DNA of 63,038 nucleotides, the filler included, from Rhabdomonas costata (Eukaryota): assembly GCA_019059605.1 (NCBI GenBank). It is 33 parts of 33 records of this genome, joined end to end, with 100 filler letters (N's around TTAATTAATTAA, not from the genome) between each part and the next. Parts side by side here need not be neighbours in the genome. Positions count along the whole stretch, not along the records: positions 11,473 to 13,285 come from JAHMHO010008688.1; positions 13,386 to 15,199 come from JAHMHO010008689.1; positions 15,300 to 17,122 come from JAHMHO010008690.1; positions 17,223 to 19,035 come from JAHMHO010008691.1; positions 19,136 to 20,951 come from JAHMHO010008692.1; positions 21,052 to 22,865 come from JAHMHO010008693.1; positions 22,966 to 24,778 come from JAHMHO010008694.1; 26 more parts are not named here. One strand, 5' to 3'. Position 1 is the first letter of the stretch, and the number at the start of each line of letters is the position of its first letter. Under the pieces are notes generated by a model, which was not told the DNA's origin, searched no databases, and saw nothing but the letters and a program-made list of their open reading frames with translations. The position numbers and the translations under genes were made by a program. Shown in pieces: positions 12,555-24,172 of the stretch.

Positions 12555-13439
12555 GTGAGTACATGACATGGCACGCGGCGAGCTCTCTGCTTTCTCCAAT
12601 CGCCGTGCTTGTGTGTCCGTGTCTGCTGGCGTTCCCTATCGCCTCTGATTAGTTGTGTAGACTCCTCTGAGACCCCTCTCTGTTTGTAGGGTTCGGAATC
12701 CCTTTTTTTTTTGAGGTGGTTGTCTTGCATGGGGGGAAAGAGAAAAGGAGAGGAAGCGAGAGCCGGAGAACTCAAACGTCACTCCGCGGACACTCACATT
12801 TACACGCACCACGTTTTCTTCTGTTGCACCGATCCATCCCGTCTCCGCAAACTTCCCTGTCCACCTCGGTTCAATGAAACATTGAAAGCCTTGAGGCCCT
12901 GAGACTGTCGCTTGAATTTGTTTGATGTCAAGTCAGCCCCCTGGGGCGATTGCAAAAAACCCACACCCTGCAAGCTTCTGGGACCCCGGTGAACATTACG
13001 TGCAAAATTTCCATGCACCAACTTCGCATTTGATGCGAGCGTGCCCATTGATGATATTTTTTAGTTGCGTTCGTTTTGTGTCAGATCATACCTATGGGTT
13101 TAGAGGGCGATTGCACACCTTCCTGGGATTGCAATAGAAGTTTCGCGAAGAGCGGAGGAGGGGGGTGCAAGGAAACGTCCTTTGATATTCCAGTCGATGG
13201 TTTTGCGGGCGGTCTTGATGCGATAAACATTCAACAACGTATTACATCCAAGGTAACCTGAGCATCGAGGGCTAGACCCAAAACCNNNNNNNNNNNNNNN
13301 NNNNNNNNNNNNNNNNNNNNNNNNNNNNNTTAATTAATTAANNNNNNNNNNNNNNNNNNNNNNNNNNNNNNNNNNNNNNNNNNNNCTTGCGTTTCTTGTT
13401 TCAATCCATCTGTTCTTGTGCCGTGACTTTGTGCGTTCT

Positions 13440-14050
13440 CTTTTCTGTTAAAAAACCGAAAACCGGTAACGCTTCAATGGTCAGATACGTTGGATACGTT
13501 ACGAACCAAAAATACACCTTGGTTGCCAAAAAAATTTCGGCACAAGTTTGCGAATAATTTAGGATCAAGTGGGGGCGCTGAAGCTATTGCCGCTTTTGAA
13601 GGCTCCGAGGAACCGTTCACGTTTCAATGGGGCTGCCTCGGAGACCCCCACCCCCACCCTTTTCGGGCCGTATCCTCGGAGGACGATTTGAATGGCGATT
13701 TGAATGGGATTTCCCATCGCGGGGAGGTGGGAGGCAGCACAAAGCAAGTAAAATACTCGGTGCTCAAGCCATTTGACTCAATTTTAATGAGGAGAGGGCA
13801 CGGTGAACTGAATACTTTTCCCTATCTCAGAGTGCATCCACGAGCAGAGGGCGTCGAACCGCTGCCAGCAGCCAGTAAGTGACATTTGCTGAGGGTCTTT
13901 TTGAGCTGTCTGGCAGCGGGGGCACGGAGAGGAGTTCATCAACAGCGGAAGGGGGGGGGATCTCATGCCTGCTGGGCCAAGTGGTTCCAGTCGCCTGCCC
14001 TCGCCAAGACACCCTGGATCCAGACACGAGAGCCGCAACCCTGCCAAGAA
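13440..14050 (+). mobile_element. Decayed RT/tether region of a DIRS-like retrotransposon
   Basis: Ordered degenerate motifs EPFTFQWG (LPFGW-like), SSEDDLN (YxDD-like), KYSVLKPFDSI (KSxLxP-like), SCLAAGARR, ALAKTPW. Confidence 0.35.
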
Positions 14051-14199
14051 AGTGGGAATCAGGGAAATCAAAGGCAGCAGTTCCAGTGTGATTCAAAAAA
14101 GCTTCTTGACCGCTCAACTCCGAAGTGCAAACACTAAGAAGAAACGTTACGGTTTGTAACAGCTCAGTATAGCCAATTGAAATGACATGGTCATCTACC

Positions 14200-14760
14200 A
14201 CGCCAATGCAAAAGAAAAATACACGACACTGCACAGTCACCCTCACCTTGTTAAACGTAGTGCAGAATGGCAGCCCGCGGGTGGTGAAAGGGCCCCCCAG
14301 AAAGCCCTCCAGAAGGGACCAGAATCGGTCGTCGGTCTTCTCAAACAGAGGTTTGTCGTGGCACTCGAAGACCCACCCGGGTGCGAATAAGGCCACCGAG
14401 GTTCCAGCCTGGTCAAGCCAGGACAAAGTTCCTTCTCACCAAATAGAAAACAATGCAAGTGACAAAGTTGTCGTAAATGCTGAGTTTTTCCCGCCTCTTA
14501 TTAGAGCCCAATTACAGCAAAGTTGCCCTCACCAAAACAAGAGTGGCTTCAACGGCTTCTCATATAGCTTACGAAGACAACTACCGCGACCACCGCAAAA
14601 ACCGAAGGCGAGAAAGACACCTTTGCAATGACTTCAACCGCGCGGGCGGTCTCCCACTTGCCCCCACCAAACATCCTCCGGCCAAACACATCCACTCCGG
14701 TGTACACATCCGCAGCGCGATCCGCCGCGATGGCCGCGCTGAGGGGGACCTGTGAGGGCT
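14200..14760 (-). mobile_element. Decayed tyrosine-recombinase fragment
   Basis: AVVAVVVFVSYMR/AVEA (RxxE-like, 1-nt frameshift), then FWRAFWGA (HxxRRG-like) and a TGA-interrupted R-W-G-W..Y-like tail. Confidence 0.3.
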
Positions 14761-15497
14761 GCCAGAAGTAGTTCGTGAAGAGGCCATCAGTAAGGTGAAA
14801 GAACAGCTCGTTGCCAGAGTTGAGTTGGTTCTAAAGACATAAAAGCGCGCAAGGGAACGCACGGAACCACCTCCATCCATCTATCAATCATCGGTCAGAC
14901 GCCACAATTGAAACCACAATCATTTGAAGGTCAGGCGTATTGACAAAAAATGCGCTTTCCAACTAAGAAGCTAAAACCCTTGAATGACGAAATTTGGATT
15001 CCCGCAGTTTGACCCTTAGCTCGATCCTTACGCTTTTCTTTTTTTCAGAGTTTGTTGTTGAAAGTCGATGCAAAGCCCAGGAAAGGAAAAACATGCAAGA
15101 ACACTCATCAAGGTGCCGGAAAGAATCTCAGACCAGCAAGAAGAGAAGAACGATGTATCTAAAATCCACATTCAAAAAATCCATGAAAGACCACAACAAN
15201 NNNNNNNNNNNNNNNNNNNNNNNNNNNNNNNNNNNNNNNNNNNTTAATTAATTAANNNNNNNNNNNNNNNNNNNNNNNNNNNNNNNNNNNNNNNNNNNNT
15301 GTGTTGCGGCTTCTTGGGCCCCTGCCGCTTTTCCTCAACAACAGCAAAAAGGAAAGACAAGGCTCATCGAGCCAGTGACGAAAAGGGAGAGAGGGCAAAA
15401 CTGCTCTTCTGGTGCCCAGGAAAGAGCTCACGGATTACAGCACTTCCCAGCCGAGGTCAGCAGCTACAGAGAGGAGGGGGGTTGGTTGGTTCCATAC

Positions 15498-16390
15498 CCT
15501 GGATGGAGCCAGTTTGCAGCCGCTGGGGCAGTGTGGTGGAGTCAATGATTCCGTTGACACACAGCTGCAGGCCGTATGCCTGCTCGCGCAGCGCAGCGGC
15601 CCCAGTTGCTGAAGCCGCCACAGAGGCTGAGGCCCGCCCCGCAATTAGAGCGTGGCTCAGAGCATACGCGCTCTGCGCGTTCTGCACCTGGCTGTGCAGC
15701 ACCGGATTGCCTGCACACCCCACCCGACTCCACCCTTCGCAGATGAGAAGAAACAGACAAAATCTTGAATACTACCAGGAGAGAAGATGTCAAAGCCAGA
15801 ACAGGTCTGGGGCTTTTGTAAATACAGCAGGGTTTCAGAGGTTTCAGGGGTTTCCCGACTTTCACCTTCGGGCGATTCTGGTGCTCCTTGGCTCTTTCGT
15901 ATCCCTTTTGCACCGCTTGCCCCGGAGCGGAGGGTTTACCAACAGCACCCGCAACGTATTTTACAAAGAAAACCGCCCACGCCCTGCACCTGAACACCAT
16001 TACAAAACAAACCCAACCTGGGCCCAGCAAGACAAGGAAAATCAGAGGAAGGAAATAAGGAGGAAACAGAGGACATTCCCAAGAACCTCCAATGCTCATT
16101 AGGGAGCGCCGGAACCGTGGCGGGGGAACGATCACGGCGTGCACAAAGAAGGCATCCATTGGCCGGTCCCCTGCAAAAACCATCCGCCCATTTTCCCACA
16201 AAGGTCTCAAACCAATGCCAGGGCAGGTTGCACGTCTTCGGGGACACATGTTGCCCTCGCTTGTGCAGTTATGCCAGGTGATGAAATGTCACGGGACCCA
16301 TGAAACAGAACTGTAATGGAGGCCGGAAAGCAGAGGAACCCTTCCGGCAAAAAAGTAAGAGGCATTGCCCTGCCGGCAAGGGTAAGCGCA

Positions 16391-16425
<35 letters not shown>

Positions 16426-16932
16426 GTTGGCGGGGGTGTTCCATTGGCTCACAACGCAGTACACAGGTTCGATGTGCTTGCAGCGCGCTGCTCACAGAGG
16501 AGGCACAATGCTCAGGTGCACCGGCTGCCGCTTCGCGTCAGTGTTGGTGTAGTGGAGAACCGCCACACAATCCTCACACACACACGTGCTTTGGGTCCTC
16601 CTCGGATCACGAAATCCCCGCATCCCCACAAGCTCCACGTGGCTTTCGTTCCATCATCCGCTGTGCGCGGTCCAAATACGTAGCGATTCACCAACCTAAC
16701 CCTATCCATAAGCCACGCCCTTGACCCCTTGCAGATGCCGTTCAGCTGTGTCCCTCACGGCATGGAAAGCGGACGTTTCAGATCAACCGGCTTTCACCCT
16801 GAGGGCACCCCCCATGCCTCTATGAGTCGCCGGAATGGACGTACCAGTTCCAGGCAGCAGCCACCGGTACAGCTCCGGGGCCTTGGTCCACAGCGCGTTC
16901 AGGTATCCACTGAGTTGGTCATGGTTGAGAAC
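15498..16932 (-). CDS. Hypothetical protein, exons 16932-16845 and 15710-15498
   Basis: CAG|VLNHDQLSGYLNALWTKAPELYRWLLPGT-G|GT and CAG|GNPVLHSQVQNAQSAYAL...SIQ-G|GT; compatible phase 1. Confidence 0.55.
15795..16010 (+). repeat. Interspersed repeat family copy 1 (similar to 17517-17700 and 22224-22445)
   Basis: Shared ordered blocks: CAGGYCTGGGxxTTTTGTA ... CTTTCACC ... CCTTGG..CTC ... ATCCCTTTTG ... GGAGGGTTTAC. Confidence 0.65.
16393..16423 (+). repeat. (TG)15 microsatellite; others at ~19270-19304, 21566-21590, 45194-45209, 50895-50924, 54082-54113
   Basis: Read directly from sequence. Confidence 0.95.
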
Positions 16933-17229
16933 CTGTACAAGCGGGGCAGTTGACAAAAACTGCGAATTGAAAATGACTTCAGGGACTCGTGCCAGAATAC
17001 CTCCAGCAAGGGAGGGGAGAAAGGCGAATAACTTTGTCGAAAGACCGCTGGGGAACGGTTCATATTCTCACCACGGCTGACGAAAATGAACCAAACCTGA
17101 AAGGTAAACCCACAACACCCCCNNNNNNNNNNNNNNNNNNNNNNNNNNNNNNNNNNNNNNNNNNNNTTAATTAATTAANNNNNNNNNNNNNNNNNNNNNN
17201 NNNNNNNNNNNNNNNNNNNNNNTTTTTTT

Positions 17230-17480
17230 TGGGAAGACTGCTTCCTTCGCTGCTAGGCACTGACGCACTGCCCTGCTTCCACCCAAGCAAGATGAAGATG
17301 GCGCATCACTCTGCATCTATCCGGTTAATAGTTCCGTAACTTTGCTCACGCTGAGTGAGCGGGAGCAAAGTTACGGAACTATTAACCGGATAGATGCAGA
17401 GTGATGCGCCATCTTCATCTTGCTTGGGTGGAAGCAGGGCAGTGCGTCAGTGCCTAGCAGCGAAGGAAGCAGTCTTCCCA
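17230..17480. repeat. Perfect 118-bp inverted repeat (17230-17347 / 17363-17480), 15-nt spacer
   Basis: tgggaagactg...tttgctc and gagcaaa...cagtcttccca are exact reverse complements; starts at the contig edge. Confidence 0.97.
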
Positions 17481-17516
17481 GAAAACATGGCAAAATTGAA
17501 TGATGGTTGAGAGTAA

Positions 17517-17700
17517 AGCCGAAGCAGGCCCGGAGTCTTTTTTATGTACAGTGGGCCTCCCAAAACGCTCTGAGGCCGGTCCTTGCACCCTCAGGCCAGT
17601 ACCCACCCGTGCCCCTTGGCGGCTCTTCCTTTTTTGTCTTGTGCCCAGCGCGGAGGGTTTATCGGCGGCACCGACAGCGCATGTACAAAAAATCCATCTG
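17517..17700 (+). repeat. Interspersed repeat family copy 2
   Basis: gccgaagcaggcc...gccggtccttg...ccccttggcggctc...ggagggtttatc matches copy 3 in order. Confidence 0.65.
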
Positions 17701-18240
17701 CCTCTATCCCGCGACAGGGAGCCTACACAAATGGCTCTACGCCACGCTTGCCCACCGAATTCACACGGTTCATGCTGCGGTGCTTCGCGTCCTTGCCACC
17801 ACCCGCCCGAGCTGACCTGAGGTTTTGGGGATTGAAGTGTTGGGGTAACGGACTGTTTCCTCATTGGCCCGGGACAAGCAACTGGCAAAATTCGCTTTCC
17901 AGTAGCAAGTCGGCAGCTGCGAGGGCAAACAACTAAAAAAGAAAACAATACTCCACATGCAATCGCAACGCAACCGATATGCAGGGTAATTGGACATGAG
18001 GCTCCGGGTGAGACAATGGGACCGAACACCATTCATTCATGAGGCTGGTTCCGCACTTTCCGTTCTCCAAGCACGTCCATGCACGGCGATCATGCTGATC
18101 AGCAGTTATCTCTCCGTTGATTCAAGACGGCAGCCCTTTAGCAACGAAAACTGAACCTTCATCAGAGCACTCTGCAGAGGCACACAGGGTGCTTGCGTTC
18201 GTCAACAGCACACATCGGCCCATTATCCTTTCTCTTTCGA

Positions 18241-19035
18241 TTAGGCTTCGCAGATAAATTCGTTGTTTATCAGCTGCTGCGACTCATCGTCGCCCTTCTC
18301 CGCCGCGCAGCGCAGCCACCGCAATGCGCGTAACTTACATGCCGCAGTTCCATAGCCACGCAGGTAGAACTCCCCTAAGCAAGACCCACAGGGAACTCAG
18401 AGCCTCTGTCTTGAAGAGCAAATTATTACAAGATTTGAATAAGGCATACCCACCCATTTTAAATATACTAAATGCAAACACTAGTTCATGACGGGTCTCG
18501 GGAGGACACAAACTCATTATTTTCCGCGTTTCAACGAAAGCAGAACATCCAGCGGTAGGCTTCTCAAGCCGCAACGACATGCCGAAAACCATTGTCGAAT
18601 GCAACCTTGCCTCAAAATATAATGCAAGGAACTGACGTTAAGAAATTTGCGACCAGCATCAACCTTTAACCAAACGCAGTGGTGGGGATTGGAAACACGG
18701 GAAAGTCATCACTAAAAATCAGGTTGGTCTCTTCACCCACGAAGAAACGGAGACCTATCTCTCCAAGAAAAAAAAACACCCGCATCTGCGCACCGAGTAA
18801 GGCTTGCGCCTCGGCCATGCCACTTTGCGCAGCCCTGGCAGTCCAACGGAAGGCCATCCTATGGTCCGTGGCCACCCCCTCCCCCCGTAAATAGCATTTC
18901 GCCAGCTCCACCTGCGCTCCCGGCAGACCCTGCACCGCGGCCCTGGTGAACCACTGCACGGACTCTTCGAGACTCTTCGAGACGCCCTCCCCAGTTCGGT
19001 AACACAGCCCAAGATTCTTCTGGGCGACACAGAAG
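18241..19035 (-). CDS. Sel1-like repeat protein, last two exons (19035-18794, 18374-18241)
   Basis: AQKNLGLCYRTGEGVSKSLEESVQWFTRAAVQG / AQVELAKCYLRGEGV / AQALLG|EFYLRGYG...WLRCAAEKGD...stop; GT-AG intron 18793-18375, phase 1. Confidence 0.93.
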
Positions 19036-19271
19036 NNNNNNNNNNNNNNNNNNNNNNNNNNNNNNNNNNNNNNNNNNNNTTAATTAATTAANNNNNNNNN
19101 NNNNNNNNNNNNNNNNNNNNNNNNNNNNNNNNNNNTGTTTGTGTTGGGAATTGAAAGGAATGTATTTGCGTGAATAGTAGTTGTTTGAGGTGAGGGAAGC
19201 TGGTTTTTTATGCTAATGTGCGGCGGTTCATGATAAAAGTCAGAGTTCTGACTCCCAGAAAAATAGACATG

Positions 19272-19304
<33 letters not shown>

Positions 19305-19659
19305 TTGGGGAACCCTTTCACTTCCGCTGGAGATTTGTTTGATACCTTGTCTGTGGCAATCACTGCTTGATCTTTGATTCTGAGCCATTTCTCCTTCCAA
19401 GAATTTCCAAAATTGAGACCAAATGACCCATGGGGGTATCTTTTGTCTGAACGGACAGGGCAAACCTATGAATTGCCAGTGATTGGGAACTGGGGACGTC
19501 CAAAAGTCAAGAAATTGCATCCTTGGAGTCGGAAAACATTGCTTGCTGTCATGTCGTCACGTGGTGATGTCCAAGCCAAGGATGTCGAGCAGGGTCGTGT
19601 CAATTTTGTCGTCCTTTTCTGTGATTGTTGATCGAGGTTGTTTCCATCATGCTTTTCAG

Positions 19660-20052
19660 CCGCCGCGGCTGACGAGCCTCTGGACGCGCTGAACCTTCGG
19701 TTCACCGCGCGGTGGGTGCCCCTGCCGGCGTTTTACTACGTCTCCGCCACTTCTGTGGCGGAGTGGGCTGAGGAGCCCTCGCCGTCCCAGTGGGCCGCTG
19801 TGCATGTGGTGGGACTGGGGCAGGTTCCACGGAACGCCCATCCCGCCACCAACCGCAGCTCTACTCTGGAAGCGATGCGGCGAGATCTTCTGAAGGAAAG
19901 CTCGGCGTGCCCTGTGGTCCCCCGAGCGGCTTCGCCGAAGAGCTCCGATGAGGAGGTCCCTGTGATGGTCCCTCCGCTGCCGGAGTCCTTCTCCTCGAGG
20001 AGGGGTGTGACACCCACCCTTACCACAATCCATCCCATGCGCAACTTCAAAA
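19660..20052 (+). CDS. Exon of a hypothetical protein (3' boundary uncertain)
   Basis: ttttcAG acceptor; GC3-rich open frame DEPLDALNLRFTARWVPLPAFYYV... Confidence 0.5.
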
Positions 20053-20342
20053 GTTGGACCATGGGGACGAGTCTTTTTTTTTGAATGCCGAGGCTCTTAG
20101 CGGATATATTTCTGGCTGTCTGGAGTAGAGTGGCTGTACGGCTGTGGATTGAACTTGATCTCTCTGGTCATGCCTGCTGGGGTGGCCCACTGACGTTGGG
20201 GGGGGGGATGATGGTTGCACCGCTGGGGTTTCATTGGACAATTGGGCCAAACCCTAACCCAGATCATGACCCACCTTGCTTGAAACTTAGTCCCATCTTG
20301 GGTGGACTCACCTTTCCTGTTACTCCTCCACATGTCTGCCCC

Positions 20343-20382
20343 TTGTTCACCAGCACACTAGATTGTTCACCAGCACACTAGA
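20343..20382 (+). repeat. Perfect 20-bp tandem duplication TTGTTCACCAGCACACTAGA x2
   Basis: Read directly from sequence. Confidence 0.95.
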
Positions 20383-21601
20383 CCTTCCTGGGGGACGATG
20401 TCGGGCGGATGACCGATTGTTGGTTAGATGACTCAATCCTGTTTAAGTGAAGAACCAGAGCGGAGCCTACGTTTGCTGCCCCAGCCTGTTATGGATCCTT
20501 TGTGTTGTATATGAATTCATGAACTCAAGGACACCTTCATAAGTGGAGCCAAGCTGACCCCTTGGAGTGGCCCTCCCTTTTTTGTCTTTTTGGTCTTTAC
20601 TTCGCATCCTTGACCCGAATCAGTGCTTGCACCATTCGTGTGGACGAAAGACTCCCTGATCCCGCTCCCTTCCAAGCCACCGCCCACTACGCATCGACCC
20701 CCACCCCCTTTCGGGGCTTGTGTTTTTTTTTGGGGGGGGGGGGCGTTAAACGTTTAACACTGGTATTAGATTATAGATTTACTAATCCACCCAAATGAGA
20801 TTCCTTCCAGGGGATCCCAATTAATCCCATTTTGCTATTACAGGTTCTTGGCACGCCTTACCTAACCCACGTGCGTTACAAAATGACACCGCCAAGTCAG
20901 ACCCAATACAAGTGTCCCCAACTTCACTACCCTACCCTACCGAACACAACCNNNNNNNNNNNNNNNNNNNNNNNNNNNNNNNNNNNNNNNNNNNNTTAAT
21001 TAATTAANNNNNNNNNNNNNNNNNNNNNNNNNNNNNNNNNNNNNNNNNNNNATATGGCGGGTACGTGCCATGGGGGGGGGGATTGAAAAACTGACTTGGG
21101 CATTTAACAGCGTTTAGCAGCGTTAAACACAGAAATTTTTTTTGGTGAAAATATATTCCAAGCACGGGGGTTAGGGGAAATGTGCCTTTACCAACGTAGA
21201 CGCTACCGAAAGGGATCAATGCCCCCCAATACAACACCCACCAGTGTTTCAGCAGGCAGGTCTCCTTTTCATCCCAACAAAAATGGTAAAGGGAAAGACC
21301 AAATCACACTGAATTTACTCATTGGACATCTTTCTTTCTTTTGGTAAGTACTAAGTGTACATGGAAGCAATGGAGACCCAGAGAGAAAGGAAGCTTTGAC
21401 ATAAGAGAGAAAGAACCACAAGAAGAGGTTTCTGTCCAATGAGAATAAGCCGAATGGAAAAGAAGCATTCACTGACCCTTCGAAAAATTACCCCTAACGC
21501 AATCACAAGAGGGAAAATGGGAAGTGGGAAAGAAAGAGCGTATTAAGCTGCGCTTATGCAGACAAACACACACACACACACACACACACAGGCTTTGACA
21601 C

Positions 21602-21737
21602 CATTATAGTTGAGGTCCGGGGTATACACGAAGGTGGTTCCGGGCGGAAACGCATTGGCCTGGGTGGCGGAGAATCCCTGCAGCTCGAGGTGGTCCACCC
21701 CCTTCCACTCTTGGGAGAAGCAGTTGTCGATGTACAC
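21602..21737 (-). CDS. Internal exon of an unknown protein
   Basis: CAG|VYIDNCFSQEWKGVDHLELQGFSATQANAFPPGTTFVYTPDLNYN-G|GT; high GC3. Confidence 0.65.
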
Positions 21738-22223
21738 CTGTGTGAAAGCGAGATAACAAGGCCAAAGTCGCGGCGGTGCACGGTGAAGCCAAAAGGGACG
21801 CGATGATGTTGTTTAGGAAAGATGAAAAAAAAACTTGATTGCCAGAAGAACAAGTTTGGGTGCAACTGAGCGCAGAAGAAAGAAGAGTGCACCACATACC
21901 AAGTGGAGACTACAGGAAAGTTATGGCAAAACGTGAGCGTATGAAAGAGGGGAAGGCAGAGGCCAAGAAAACGAACGCGTGTCTCCTCGGACACACATTG
22001 CGTTTGAAATGAGAAACACTGCTGTTTTTGAGGTTTCCTTTCGACGTCCAGGAGGCTTTCGAAATTTGCTCATAATTTCTGAGCGAGAGAGGATCACCAC
22101 TTTACCGCTGGGCACGTGGAGTTACAACTTTCTGCGGAAGTCCGGCCCGGGCCTAATGACTCGGATGCACCTTCCTGCCTGCAAAAATGAGGAACTCAGT
22201 GACACAACTGTGGACGAAGAGGG

Positions 22224-22445
22224 CTAAGCCGAAGCAGGCCTGGGTTCTTTTGTATCCCACACGGTATAAAACACGGCTCCCGAAACGCTGCGTGGCCGGT
22301 CCTTGGGATCCGAATTTTCTGACCTTTCACCCTAGGCCGGTTGTGGTCCCCTTGGGCGGCTCTGGTATCCCTTTTGTGCCGCTTCTTGCCTCACGCAGGG
22401 TTTACGACAACACCCACCACGCATTTCCACAGAACAAACACACTC
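22224..22445 (+). repeat. Interspersed repeat family copy 3
   Basis: gccgaagcaggcctggg...gccggtccttggg...ccccttgggcggctc...atcccttttgtgccgctt...agggtttacg. Confidence 0.65.
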
Positions 22446-22965
22446 CGAACGTGGAGTAAGGAGCTGATCAGATCGTACAACCCCATTTGGCACACAGGCA
22501 CGCACATAATTCGACTGATGCTGCCCCGAATTCAGCACCCTGAATTATAATTCGTTTCAGGGCAGCAGGGCAGCGAAAAACGAAAATTTGACTAAAGCTG
22601 AGACTTCTGTGTCTGAGTCGGATACCTTGCTGCGCCGGTGCTGGAACCGGTCCTGGAATGCCAGACCACACGTCTTTATGGCGAAGCTCATCACACACGC
22701 TCACACTGCGTGTGCAAGGCATTGTTTCTGGTGGACGTCTCTTCTGCCTCCAGTGGGATTTCAAATGCTCTCACGCTGCCTGGCCGCTCCTCGGGGGTGC
22801 GGATCACCCCTCTGCTGCTAGGCGGAAGTTCTTGGGAACCTCAATGGCGCATTAAACCACACAAANNNNNNNNNNNNNNNNNNNNNNNNNNNNNNNNNNN
22901 NNNNNNNNNTTAATTAATTAANNNNNNNNNNNNNNNNNNNNNNNNNNNNNNNNNNNNNNNNNNNN

Positions 22966-24172
22966 GTGTGGTGGTTAAGCTGATTTGTGCGAGCTCCGCG
23001 GGGGAGGGAACCATGAGCGGAGAAGAAGCCGCCAAGATAGTGCGGGTGTCATCCAGAAGGAGAAGTACCCCCGCAATTTGAAGCTGACTGTACGTCTGCT
23101 GTATGACCTCAAACAGGACCTGGGCATCAAAGCCAACGGCCAAAGTAGCACGATGACCATCCAGGTCACCGGAGCTTGGAGGACAACTGAGAGTCAGCTC
23201 CATTCTATTTACAATAGGATTGAGCTGCGGGCCGGTTAATGCGAACCCATCCTGCTCATGGGCGGCTAAATACCACGGTTGGGAGCTGACGACGAAGGGA
23301 AAGGTACTAAGAACAGGACCGAGCGCACTGCCATTGTCGGAAAAGTTCCTGAGCTTCTGAACAGTTATGTTTATGCCATTGCATGGGCTACTGCCCACCA
23401 GCAGTGCTCCGTTGTCCTTCACCACCTGCACGGTGGATCCACAGGGGAAGGCGACCGCGATGCTACTCAGCGTGCTATCCTTTTGCAAGGTGGTCGCCAG
23501 CGCTCCTGTAAGGGAAGCGCCTTCGAGCTCAGAGACGGCGGGCTGCAGAATGCCCATCGCAACCATTTTGCTCAGCAGGTGGCCGTCCGCGGCACCCTGG
23601 ATGCTCACTCCTGCGGCGTGGTTCAGCAGAGCCACTGTACCTCCAATGGAGCGGTTCGCCGTGTCCGAGATGAAGATCATCGCAAACGCAAACGCAGCGG
23701 CGAACGCCACGATGGGTGGAACCGCGAATACCAGCAGCATGGGAACCCGGAATCTTGGTTTATCAGGGGCCTGGGCAGCGACACTCGTGACAGATGTGAG
23801 AACTTGCCACGCAGCAGCTGGGGACGGGACTTGGATCTGAGTTCCAGAAAGGATTGAGGAGCTCGAAGGCCCGCCCTCGTCCAAATTTTCGGGCACAGCC
23901 TGCTGAAGAAGACCAGGGGAAGAGGTGCACAGCCGAGGAAGGCGGCCTCCAGGATGGCGTGAACCAGTTGTGCGATGACCTGGGGAGGAAGATCCTGGCT
24001 GGGGGTGGAGCACGGGAAGCTCGGTGTCGGCGGAGAAGGTCGAGCCTGGGAGCCCTGCACTGACCTCGATGTCAAAGAGAGAGGAGATAGGCCGCACCAG
24101 CAAGCTCCGGCGGCTGGGGGAGGTGTACTGCATGGGAGAAGCGCCCTGGTGATGTGGAGGCGCAAAAGCCAT
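22966..24172 (-). CDS. Membrane receptor N-terminus: TM helix plus extracellular Cache-like sensor domain (3'-truncated; possibly receptor nucleotidyl cyclase)
   Basis: ~400-codon frame from ATG 24172; TM LLVFAVPPIVAFAAAFAFAMIFI; sensor-like FVVSSQPWYLAA...TGP...LAVGFD...LLLLDD...ILAAS. Confidence 0.7.

Noticed and set aside
20343..20382. Short direct repeats (also ~10124, ~44531, ~51190, ~53024) as CRISPR repeats or TSDs
   Set aside because: Only 2-4 adjacent copies with no spacers; ordinary slippage duplications.
23279..23857. Long + strand ORFs opposite real exons (also 54456-54971, 59927-60502, 10418-11098)
   Set aside because: Antisense shadows of GC3-rich coding sequence with no recognisable motifs.
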